Shown: positions 1-6,481 of the stretch, in pieces
How positions within the stretch are numbered: position 1 is the first letter of the stretch
Layout: each line of letters starts with the position of its first letter
Virus record (IMG/VR): IMGVR_UViG_3300014893_000026
Span: 1-9,649 of that record
Length of the DNA: 9,649 nt
Origin: a virus
Taxonomy: Duplodnaviria; Heunggongvirae; Uroviricota; Caudoviricetes
Strand: one strand, 5' to 3'
Program-made: the position numbers and the translations under genes
Notes under the pieces: model-generated
What the model was told of the DNA's origin: nothing
Databases searched by the model: none
Seen by the model: the letters and a program-made list of their open reading frames with translations, nothing else

Positions 1-178
1 CACGCTGACGCTGCTGCATGTCAGCGATGGTGGCGATCGCCTGCTTCAGCTCACTGACTTTTTTATCACGCTGTTCTTTGTAGGCGATGGCGTTATCACG
101 GTAATGATTCAGCCCCAGACTAAGCGCACCACAGGCCACCAGCAGGGCAATGATGACCACGCACAGTACGCGGTTCAT
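1..178 (-). CDS. Rz-like i-spanin, N-terminal portion (gene continues past window start)
   Basis: Reverse complement of 1-178 translates from ATG (176-178) as MNRVLCVVIIALLVACGALSLGLNHYRDNAIAYKEQRDKKVSELKQAIATIADMQQRQR: an N-terminal membrane anchor followed by the NHYRDNAI-YK-QRDK motif recalled from lambda Rz. Sits downstream of the endolysin. Absent from the ORF track because no stop codon falls inside the window. Confidence 0.8.
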   Translation of the reverse strand, partial: MNRVLCVVIIALLVACGALSLGLNHYRDNAIAYKEQRDKKVSELKQAIATIADMQQRQR

Positions 179-179
179 T

Positions 180-278
180 TCACCACCAGCGTATCTGACC
201 GATGAAATAACCGGAGGCCATAATCACAAACACCAGCCAGATAAGAATGAACTTCCAGGTGGATAATTTTTCAGCCAT
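180..278 (-). CDS. Hypothetical 32-aa single-TM peptide, stop 1 nt before the Rz ATG
   Basis: Minus-strand ATG at 276-278, translation MAEKLSTWKFILIWLVFVIMASGYFIGQIRWW, stop TGA at 180-182. GGGAG lies about 8 nt upstream of the ATG. Not in the ORF track (below length cutoff). Could also be a remnant N-terminus of an alternative spanin. Confidence 0.35.
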   Translation of the reverse strand: MAEKLSTWKFILIWLVFVIMASGYFIGQIRWW

Positions 279-353
279 CACTCGAATCTCCCGAATCAGT
301 TTGCTAAAATCAAACACACTTTCTCCTTTGACTTTTCCGGAGTCAGGAAACAC

Positions 354-388
354 AAAACCCCGCTTGGTGCCAACAAACGGGGTTTTTA
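354..388. terminator. Terminator-like GC-rich hairpin flanked by A-run and T-run (bidirectional), between endolysin and Rz
   Basis: AAAACCCCG (354-362) and CGGGGTTTT (378-386) are reverse complements around a 15-nt loop. On the minus strand the hairpin is followed by TTTTGTGTTT. Confidence 0.5.
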
Positions 389-476
389 CTTTTATTCACT
401 TACGTTTCGCCAGTTCGCAGGATTTCGTGTTATCCGCCCGCGTGGCCATACCTTATTTTTCAGCAAAATATTCTGC

Positions 477-1010
477 TTATCTGTCGATTCCCCAGCACGC
501 CAGCGCGCTCTCCTGGTCACGACGGGATACCTGACCGTAGCAGTTGTTTGAACGAATACGGCAGTCTCTGCCACCGTCCTTAATCCACCAGCGAATCGCC
601 TCACACGCTCCCCTGCGATCACCTGCATTAATTCGTTTATAAAACGTCGACGGGAAACACTTACCGGGACCAATGTTGTACGGACAGAATGACGCGATCC
701 CCGCTTTCTGGGGTTCACTCAATGGCACTCTGATGTTTTTCTCCACCCATGCCAGCGCCTCATCACGCTCAATGGCGTTAACCCGGTCGCATTTTTCCTT
801 CGACAACTTCATGCCCGGAACGACAGGTTTGCCATCCACCAGGATGGCACCGCGGCAGATGGTCCAGATACCCGCACCATCACGGTATGCCGTGGTGTGG
901 TTACCTTCCTTTTCATCCAGAAACTGGTCGAGAATGTCAGGCGCAGGCGCACCAGCGGCAATCAGCGCCAGAACGGCAGCCGACAGGCCGTATCTGATTT
1001 TTGCGTTCAT
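477..1010 (-). CDS. rrrQ: Phage lysozyme (T4-lysozyme-like / GH24 endolysin) with N-terminal SAR-like hydrophobic segment
   Basis: 177-aa ORF with ATG at 1008-1010. N-terminal YGLSAAVLALIAAGA segment, then E-x8-D-x5-T catalytic spacing (EGNHTTAYRDGAGIWT) typical of T4-type lysozymes. Position in lysis cassette after the holin. Symbol recalled from K-12 Qin RrrQ (same length); unverified. Confidence 0.88.
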   Translation of the reverse strand: MNAKIRYGLSAAVLALIAAGAPAPDILDQFLDEKEGNHTTAYRDGAGIWTICRGAILVDGKPVVPGMKLSKEKCDRVNAIERDEALAWVEKNIRVPLSEPQKAGIASFCPYNIGPGKCFPSTFYKRINAGDRRGACEAIRWWIKDGGRDCRIRSNNCYGQVSRRDQESALACWGIDR

Positions 1011-1115
1011 GGATATTTATCAGGATTTATCGGTTTCTGAGCCCTGGATATGTTTATCAGTTCCAGCCTGTTGCCTCAGGCTGCTAACAGGTCAATACAA
1101 TCATGAGGATTATTT

Positions 1116-1388
1116 ATGGACAATAACACCATTTCTCTACAGGAGTTGCTCGACAGCATTTCCAGGCTTCGGGAAGACGTGAATACCCTTACCGTCGCCT
1201 TCTCATATCTGGCATTCTCAATTCCAAGGGAACAGATGCAATCAACGCTGGCATCAATCCAGTTTGAATCATGCAATCCCAAATGGTCTCAGGAACAACA
1301 AGACTCTTTCAGGCGGCTTGCTGTATTACTGGATGAAAAATATGCTGGTAAAATTACCATTTCGGCGGACTCTTCAGAGAACCCGTAA
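1116..1388 (+). CDS. Hypothetical 90-aa protein, antisense to the lysis operon
   Basis: ATG at 1116 preceded by GAGGA with 6-nt spacing (tgaGGAttatttATG). Fills most of an otherwise empty ~340-bp gap between the DUF1327 gene and the endolysin. 3' end overlaps the DUF1327 gene 3' end by 35 bp (convergent). No family recognised. Confidence 0.4.
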   Translation: MDNNTISLQELLDSISRLREDVNTLTVAFSYLAFSIPREQMQSTLASIQFESCNPKWSQEQQDSFRRLAVLLDEKYAGKITISADSSENP

Positions 1389-1698
1389 TTATTCCCGGTA
1401 GTTTTCCTCTGTAGGTTATCAACACATCCTGCGCCTCTAAAATTACGGGGCGCTTTTCCGGCGACTGCTCATCCCCTTCACATAACCCGGCAGCAACATC
1501 CAGGAAGACCTGTCTGATGCTCCTTCTGGCTGCTGCCTCATAAAACTCCAGCGCGGCACCTTCAACACGGTCCAGCGAGATGTCCAGGTCAAAAATTTCA
1601 CCGTCAAAGCGTTTTTTGTCCCTTAATGCTACAGTTACCGCAACTTTATTCTCAAAATTGCGGATCCCTTTCACAATCAGTTCATAGTTTTGTGTCAT
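1354..1698 (-). CDS. ydfR: DUF1327-family phage protein (YdfR-like)
   Basis: ORF-track entry 1354..1719 begins at a TTG; the likely true start is ATG 1696-1698 (MTQNYELIVKGIRNFENK...), preceded by GGGGAGAG. Lies between holin and endolysin as in K-12 Qin (essQ-ydfR-rrrQ). Family and symbol are from memory. Confidence 0.75.
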   Translation of the reverse strand: MTQNYELIVKGIRNFENKVAVTVALRDKKRFDGEIFDLDISLDRVEGAALEFYEAAARRSIRQVFLDVAAGLCEGDEQSPEKRPVILEAQDVLITYRGKLPGIITGSLKSPPKW

Positions 1699-1702
1699 TG
1701 AA

Positions 1703-1918
1703 TTACTCTCCCCGTGCAACCTTACGCTTGTCTTCTTTAATCTTGAAATAAAGGTTTGTCAGGTACGTCAGCAAGCCAAATACCAGACTACCCAGCACAC
1801 CGATTGCAGCCCACTGTGACGGAGTTACTTTATCGAGTAACTGCAATGCCCAGAAACCAGCATTACCAGCCGATGTGCCATAGGCGATACCTGTTGTTAA
1901 CTTATCCATTGATTTCAT
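1703..1918 (-). CDS. essQ: Phage 21-type class II holin (pinholin)
   Basis: 71 aa, [71 protein letters not shown]: two hydrophobic segments and a basic C-terminus, the S21/EssD/EssQ pattern. ATG at 1916-1918. Confidence 0.9.
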   Translation of the reverse strand: MKSMDKLTTGIAYGTSAGNAGFWALQLLDKVTPSQWAAIGVLGSLVFGLLTYLTNLYFKIKEDKRKVARGE

Positions 1919-2136
1919 ATCCTCACCCCGATGTACACAGATGGTGCAATATGTTTGAAAAGATCGGAGTCTATGGGGTAGTTTTTATAGCAAACGTTGT
2001 TCTCAACGGCGCTAAAAAACAGACACATTAAAAATGTGGGTAATTATTTTAAAAGAAAATCATATATTAAATAATAATACGAGATATGTTTTCATATTTA
2101 GTGTACTGTATACGGCCATTTATACAGGAAAAGCCT

Positions 2137-2307
2137 ATGTCAGAACGTAAAGACTCAAAATCACGCCGTAATTATCTCGTTAAATGTTCCTGCCCAAACT
2201 GCACCCAAGAGTCAGAACACAGTTTTTCAAGAATACAAAAAGGTGCCCTTTTGATCTGCCCTCATTGCAACAAAGTATTCCAGACAAATCTTAAAGCTGT
2301 AGCTTGA
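2137..2307 (+). CDS. Small zinc-ribbon protein (56 aa; two CxxC pairs)
   Basis: ORF-track entry 2086..2307; the likely start is ATG 2137 (MSERKDSKSRRNYLVKCSCPNCTQESEHSFSRIQKGALLICPHCNKVFQTNLKAVA), preceded by AGGAAA at 7-nt spacing. CPNC...CPHC suggests a Zn ribbon. Possibly the K-12 Qin small protein YnfU; that name is from uncertain memory and is not asserted. Confidence 0.65.
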   Translation: MSERKDSKSRRNYLVKCSCPNCTQESEHSFSRIQKGALLICPHCNKVFQTNLKAVA

Positions 2308-2363
2308 TTGATTTTATTCGTAACAAGTATTTTTTATATTTTAATAACATATTTAAAGCAGAT

Positions 2364-2395
2364 AATAAAAAACCCGCCTGAGCGGGTTTAATATT
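2364..2395. terminator. Bidirectional rho-independent terminator between the zinc-ribbon gene (+) and cspB (-)
   Basis: AAAAAACCCGC-ctga-GCGGGTTT (stem 2373-2377 / 2382-2386). The minus strand has the stronger U-run (GCGGGTTTTTTATTATC). Confidence 0.6.
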
Positions 2396-2670
2396 GTGGT
2401 ACTTTTTGTGGGAGTCATCCACTTACGCACTTTGTTTTGCTATGCCAGCAGTTAGCTTCTGCTGTAAAACTATTCATGCAGCAAACCTGCACTTCACCAC
2501 AATGGTTAGCATACTTTTCCTGATTAAGTTATTGCCAAATATGCTGGCCATTGTTTCATGTATTGGACCTCCTTACTATTTATTAAAGAGATCCAATATT
2601 CACCACTCTGTCTGTATCTCCACTCAGGCATCAGCCTTCTTCGTTATCGTATACAGACAAACTATGAATT

Positions 2671-2886
2671 TTAATCAGTAATTATGACATTTGCTGCTGC
2701 AGGACCTTTAGCACCACTCTCTACAGAGAAGGTAACCTTTTGACCTTCAAATAAGGTTCGATAATTATCATTCTGAATCGCAGAAAAATGCACAAACACA
2801 TCTTTACTACCATCAACAGGAGAAATAAAGCCAAAACCTTTATCAGCGTTAAACCATTTTACTAAACCAGTCATTTTATTTGACAT
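2671..2886 (-). CDS. cspB: Cold-shock protein, CspA family
   Basis: 71 aa, [71 protein letters not shown], with RNP1-like KGFGFI and RNP2-like VFVHF motifs. Near-identical to my recollection of E. coli CspB. AAGGA 7 nt upstream of the ATG. Confidence 0.93.
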   Translation of the reverse strand: MSNKMTGLVKWFNADKGFGFISPVDGSKDVFVHFSAIQNDNYRTLFEGQKVTFSVESGAKGPAAANVIITD

Positions 2887-2941
2887 TCTACATTCCTTAA
2901 CTTGAGCCTTTCGGCATAAATGGCTTGTATAACAGAAACGA

Positions 2942-3100
2942 CTTCGTACTTAATTGGAGAGACTCAAAGAAGGAATAAGTGAATAACACCTGAAATGAGA
3001 ACTGCTTTAGTAAACTACTTCGTACTTAATTGGAGAGACTCAAAGAAGGAATAAGTGAATAACACCTGAAATGAGAACTGCTTTAGTAAACTACTTCGTA
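2942..3100. repeat. Perfect 76-bp tandem duplication (two full copies plus 7 bp of a third) in the cspB-cspF divergent intergenic region
   Basis: 2942-3017 and 3018-3093 are identical base for base (cttcgtacttaattggagagactcaaagaaggaataagtgaataacacctgaaatgagaactgctttagtaaacta); 3094-3100 restarts the unit (cttcgta) before diverging. Confidence 0.9.
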
Positions 3101-3262
3101 TATCGTCTGTTCTTCAAACCGACGCAATCATTAACGCATAGTTGAACATATGAAGCAATGTTTATTTTAGACATCCAGCCATCTTCAACCCCATCAAAAA
3201 ACTATAGCTTTCTTCAGGAACGTGTGTATAGTGCGCCAAGTTATCAGTATTAAGGAATTTTT

Positions 3263-3475
3263 TTGTCCCGTAAAATGACAGGAATTCTCAAAACCTTTGA
3301 CGGCAAAAGCGGCAAAGGTCTTATAACCCCATCCGATGGTCGTATCGATGTCCAGCTTCATGTTTCAGCGCTCAATCTCCGCGATGCAGAAGAAATTACC
3401 ACCGGATTACGCGTGGAATTTTGCCGGATAAATGGTCTGCGTGGACCATCAGCTGCCAATGTTTACCTTTCATGA
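3263..3475 (+). CDS. cspF: Cold-shock-domain protein, CspA family (CspF-like)
   Basis: 70 aa, [70 protein letters not shown]. The conserved MS-x-KMTG N-terminus implies a TTG start at 3263 (AAGGA 6 nt upstream); ATG 3275 is the alternative. Divergent from cspB as in K-12 Qin. Confidence 0.85.
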   Translation: MSRKMTGILKTFDGKSGKGLITPSDGRIDVQLHVSALNLRDAEEITTGLRVEFCRINGLRGPSAANVYLS

Positions 3476-3529
3476 GCTATATTAAAGCTTTAACTTCAAG
3501 TCCCATCGAATCAAACATGGAGAGTTTTC

Positions 3530-3619
3530 ATGAATAAACCCGTCTGTCTTGATGACTGGTTGATTGGCTTTAAAAGCTTATGCTGTACTTTGACCTTAAT
3601 AGCTCTGCTAATAATGTAA
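3530..3619 (+). CDS. Hypothetical 29-aa peptide downstream of cspF
   Basis: ATG 3530-3532 preceded by GGAGAG at 5-nt spacing; translation [29 protein letters not shown], stop TAA 3617-3619. Hydrophobic C-terminal half. Below the ORF-track cutoff. No terminator between cspF and this ORF; the first hairpin is at 3766-3791. Confidence 0.3.
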   Translation: MNKPVCLDDWLIGFKSLCCTLTLIALLIM

Positions 3620-3763
3620 TAAGCAGACTCATTGTATCTATGGACATTGTACTGGAAGAAAACATTTTAAACATCAGGCAAAAAACAAAGTCACCCGATA
3701 AATAATAAGTAAACTAACATGAATCCCGTAATGAGATTCAACATCTCTATTACCCTATTTAAA

Positions 3764-3796
3764 GCACAAAAACCCGCTCATCAGCGGGTTTTCTAC
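3764..3796. terminator. tR'-like bidirectional intrinsic terminator
   Basis: AAAAACCCGCT-catc-AGCGGGTTTT (stem 3773-3778 / 3783-3788). The minus strand continues TTTTTGTGCTTT; the plus strand continues TTTTCTACTTTTT. Lies about 40-65 nt downstream of the predicted PR' start on the minus strand. Confidence 0.7.
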
Positions 3797-3837
3797 TTTT
3801 TCTTAACTTCGGGTATACAAAGCCCATCGTTGAAAAA

Positions 3838-3866
3838 ATTTTATCCATATTTTTTGAAAAATGCAA
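3838..3866 (-). promoter_or_regulatory. Late promoter PR'-like sigma70 promoter immediately downstream of Q
   Basis: On the minus strand: -35 TTGCAT (3861-3866), 17-nt spacer, -10 TAAAAT (3838-3843). Sits between the Q stop (3898) and the tR' hairpin, the standard lambdoid Q / PR' / qut / tR' layout. Confidence 0.6.
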
Positions 3867-3897
3867 GCATCACGTCGCCATCTTCGGCGAAAATCAC

Positions 3898-4650
3898 TTA
3901 TCTCGTCACCTTTCTCAATTGTGCTTCAGCGTAAGATTCCTCCTGCCAGCACTTTGTAACCAGTTTATCAATGACATTTGCATATCCTTTATACCACTGA
4001 TAATCACTCAGGTCCGGTACCAGCTTCTGGACATGATGCCGCGCCAGTGTGGTTGGTAAACGACTAAACCGTTTTCCATTGCAACGCCCACAAATCTTAT
4101 AAACAGGTGTGCCATGAAGCCGGGTCCTTTTTTCATCCAGGACAATACCTTTACCCTTACACCCTCTGCACGCTGTGCTGACTTCTCCCTTACCATGGCA
4201 ATGCTGACATAGTTCCTTCACCCACTCTTCTTTGATAACAGATTCCCCGCTTCTGGAGTGTTTCACCACTTCGCGCAATACATTATGAAATCCAGTACCA
4301 GCACAATGCTCACAACGAGCCTTACTTGCCGCAGACCTGGAATAATCAGCAAAGGCAAAATTCACAAGGTAAGGAATAATCTGTAGCCGGGTTTCTTCAC
4401 TCAATTTATTCAATGTCGGGTTATCCAGTGCCATCGCGTAATTGAGCAGACCTTCAATCGCAAACTGAGGATCCTGAACACCAACTTTTGCCAGGAATAA
4501 GGCAAACCCAAGCGGTGCTTTCGACTGCACCATCCCCTGCGCAGCCATCACATCCGTAATCGTTAAACCACCAGAGCCTGTCGCCGGTGCGTCATCACTC
4601 AATTTTGGAGATTTTGGGGAGTAATATTTTGGTAAGGCTTCAAGGTTCAT
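3898..4650 (-). CDS. quuQ: Late-gene antiterminator Q
   Basis: 250 aa with Cys/His clusters (CEHCAGTG, CQHCHGKG, CRGCKGKG, CGRCNGKR), directly upstream of PR'/tR'. Length and N-terminus (MNLEALPKYYSPKSPK...) match my recollection of K-12 QuuQ (YdfT). GGAGA 6 nt upstream of the ATG. Confidence 0.88.
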   Translation of the reverse strand: MNLEALPKYYSPKSPKLSDDAPATGSGGLTITDVMAAQGMVQSKAPLGFALFLAKVGVQDPQFAIEGLLNYAMALDNPTLNKLSEETRLQIIPYLVNFAFADYSRSAASKARCEHCAGTGFHNVLREVVKHSRSGESVIKEEWVKELCQHCHGKGEVSTACRGCKGKGIVLDEKRTRLHGTPVYKICGRCNGKRFSRLPTTLARHHVQKLVPDLSDYQWYKGYANVIDKLVTKCWQEESYAEAQLRKVTR

Positions 4651-4677
4651 GCTCGTTCTCCACTTACGCCAGTACGC

Positions 4678-5664
4678 CTATNNNNNNNNNNGCGCACGAT
4701 CGATAAAACGAAATATCAGCTCCAGCTGGGAGCCATACTTCTCTTCAAATGCCACGGTATCCGCATGCAGCTCGTCGTGATGCTTTCTGCACAAAGGCAA
4801 CACAAAAAGGTCATGCGCTTTTGTTCCCATTCCACCCTGACCGTGACCTGTCAGGTGGTGGGGATCATCTGCGGGCTTTCCACAACATGCACACTGCTGT
4901 GTCTTAACCCAGCGCGTGTACTTTTCATTAACCCAGCGGCGACGTTTTGGGCGTAACATAAAAGACTCCGGCGACTCCGGATCCACTTTCAGCGCCAGCA
5001 CCTTTTTCGCCTTATCCTGGATGATGCTGGTGGCAGGAACCGAAGGCACAAGGTCACTTTCCCGGGTGACAGACGGCACAACAGGCTTCGGTAATCTCAG
5101 TGCCTTACGGGCTGCGCTTTCCGGTAAGGCATCCGCCAGGTCATTACGAATCAGCCACCAGCACAGTTCCGGCATTGTCACAACGTGACTGTCATCAAAA
5201 CCGAGATCCCGACGCACAACAGACAACACCCAGCGGGCACAGTTATCCGTTGCCATTAATTCCAGCCGTTCCGTGAACTGATCGCGCAGCTGGTTATCAC
5301 AGTGCCAGCACAGACGGATTGCACCCGGCGCGTGTCGCATTGTGGTCATGTTCTCGCTGTGCCAGTCGGAATGAGGCCACTGGCAGCCTTTTTCACGAAG
5401 TAACCAGCTTTCAAGACATTCCACGCCACCAGCACGACGGATCACTGCCTCATTGCGGAACACGGCCCGAACGGCAGGATCATCCGCCAGCGGTTGTGAT
5501 ACCGCCGGAACGGCACCACTGGCGAAAGATGAATAACGTTCCGGCTCAGGCTCCAGCAGGACACGCCCCTGCATAAACAGGGGCATCAGTTCTGAACCTG
5601 GTCTGAACAATACGATCCCCATACGCGGGGCAATTTCAGGGGTCAGTAGTGCTCTCACGGTCAC
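4678..5664 (-). CDS. DUF968-like protein with C-terminal Cys/His-rich HNH-like motif (YdfU-like); 3' end interrupted by an assembly gap
   Basis: 328-codon ORF; C-terminal CACCGKP...HHLTGHG...CRKHHDELH resembles an HNH/zinc-binding module. Position after Q matches K-12 Qin ydfU (from memory). The last codons span the N-run 4682-4691, so the true C-terminus and stop are uncertain. Start is GTG 5662-5664 or the next GTG (5656-5658); GAGG is upstream. Confidence 0.65.
   Translation of the reverse strand: MTVRALLTPEIAPRMGIVLFRPGSELMPLFMQGRVLLEPEPERYSSFASGAVPAVSQPLADDPAVRAVFRNEAVIRRAGGVECLESWLLREKGCQWPHSDWHSENMTTMRHAPGAIRLCWHCDNQLRDQFTERLELMATDNCARWVLSVVRRDLGFDDSHVVTMPELCWWLIRNDLADALPESAARKALRLPKPVVPSVTRESDLVPSVPATSIIQDKAKKVLALKVDPESPESFMLRPKRRRWVNEKYTRWVKTQQCACCGKPADDPHHLTGHGQGGMGTKAHDLFVLPLCRKHHDELHADTVAFEEKYGSQLELIFRFIDRAXXXX
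4682..4691. other. Assembly gap (10 N)
   Basis: Run of 10 ambiguous bases between the DUF968 gene 3' end and the Q start codon. Confidence 0.99.
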
Positions 5665-5665
5665 C

Positions 5666-6481
5666 TCAATGAACGGTATCGAGCAGCTTTAACAGCTCAG
5701 GGAATCGGGATTCGAAGAAATGCGGCTGCGTCTCGCGCGGATTTGCAGGACTGGTGATGTTCTTGCCGAACATGCAGCCTTTCGCGGTCAGCGACCAGAA
5801 TTTTTTGATGTTGTTAATCGCGGTACGACTGTATCGTTCGCGTTGTTCAACGATCCCCAGCTTCGCCATCTGGTGATATGCCTGATTAGCCGTCAGGCGG
5901 ATACCATACTGCTTCAGCAGTGCACTCAGCGACAGCGTAGGGCGGCTTGAACCATCTGGCGCATCAGCAGGTGCATCAATGGCATAGATCGGCATAAGTT
6001 CAGGAAGACCAGCTACCTTTGATAATTTCTGGTATGCACCAAGTTTCGAGGAGTTTGACAGATTTAGAGTCTTTGCTGCTGATTCAAGCAGAATGACCCC
6101 GGATTTAATTTTGTCAGATGTGGTTTCTTCTGGTGATGAATTATGAAGCGCATCAAAAGTACGTATCACTTTTAAGCTGAATGCCGGGCTGATCCACATT
6201 GCATATGCATAGACCAGCTCTTTACAGACATACGTCCCACCATTGCGCCCCTGAATGGTGATGACAGGAATACTACGGGAATCTCCCGTAGTTTCTTCTT
6301 CCAATAATTCCACAAGAGCCTTCGTTTCAGGACGACGCATAAACTCGTGAACTTCCAGCGAACGGGAGGAGCGATTCTCACCAGCGGCAAGAAGAGCAGC
6401 TTTCTGAAGGTCGTTAAGACAGTAGTTAGATTCGAAGTACTGGCGCACAGAAACGCCATCAATTACAAGCAACTGATTCAT
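5666..6481 (-). CDS. KilA-N domain protein (Roi/antirepressor-like)
   Basis: ORF-track entry 5666..6493 starts at GTG; the likely start is ATG 6479-6481 (MNQLLVIDGVSVRQ...) with GGAGA 6 nt upstream. The N-terminal ~100 aa (GTYVCKELVYAYAMWISPAFSLKVIRTF) resemble the KilA-N DNA-binding domain. Stop is 1 nt from the DUF968 gene start. Confidence 0.78.
   Translation of the reverse strand: MNQLLVIDGVSVRQYFESNYCLNDLQKAALLAAGENRSSRSLEVHEFMRRPETKALVELLEEETTGDSRSIPVITIQGRNGGTYVCKELVYAYAMWISPAFSLKVIRTFDALHNSSPEETTSDKIKSGVILLESAAKTLNLSNSSKLGAYQKLSKVAGLPELMPIYAIDAPADAPDGSSRPTLSLSALLKQYGIRLTANQAYHQMAKLGIVEQRERYSRTAINNIKKFWSLTAKGCMFGKNITSPANPRETQPHFFESRFPELLKLLDTVH

Noticed and set aside
247-718. ORFs 247..534 (+) and 392..718 (-)
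   Set aside because: The first spans the terminator hairpin and is antisense to the small ORF; the second is an alternative frame of the endolysin gene. Neither has a credible start signal.
673-1282. ORFs 673..1182 (+) and 1076..1282 (-)
   Set aside because: 673..1182 is antisense to the well-supported endolysin; 1076..1282 has a non-ATG start and conflicts with the better-supported plus-strand 1116..1388 ORF.
1756-2031. 91-aa plus-strand ORF
   Set aside because: Antisense overlap of the holin gene; no RBS.
2106-2127. CTGT...ACAG motif as a second LexA box
   Set aside because: The half-sites are 14 nt apart, not 8, so it does not fit LexA operator geometry; kept only as a generic inverted repeat overlapping an RBS.
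2394-2681. 95-aa plus-strand ORF between the bidirectional terminator and cspB
   Set aside because: Starts at a non-ATG codon with no Shine-Dalgarno, internal ATGs also lack an RBS, and it lies in AT-rich sequence downstream of a terminator; most likely non-coding 3' region of cspB.
2942-3100. 76-bp repeats (and the 8340-8500 iterons) as a CRISPR array
   Set aside because: Only two adjacent identical units with no spacers for the 76-bp repeat; the iterons are ~15 bp, imperfect, and inside a coding sequence. Neither fits repeat-spacer architecture.
3719-3934. 71-aa plus-strand ORF
   Set aside because: Overlaps the tR' hairpin, the PR' promoter and the Q 3' end on the opposite strand; product is low-complexity.
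4008-5576. ORFs 4008..4196 (-), 4765..4956 (+), 4916..5188 (+), 5319..5576 (+)
   Set aside because: Alternative-frame or antisense ORFs inside the Q and DUF968 genes, with no start signals.
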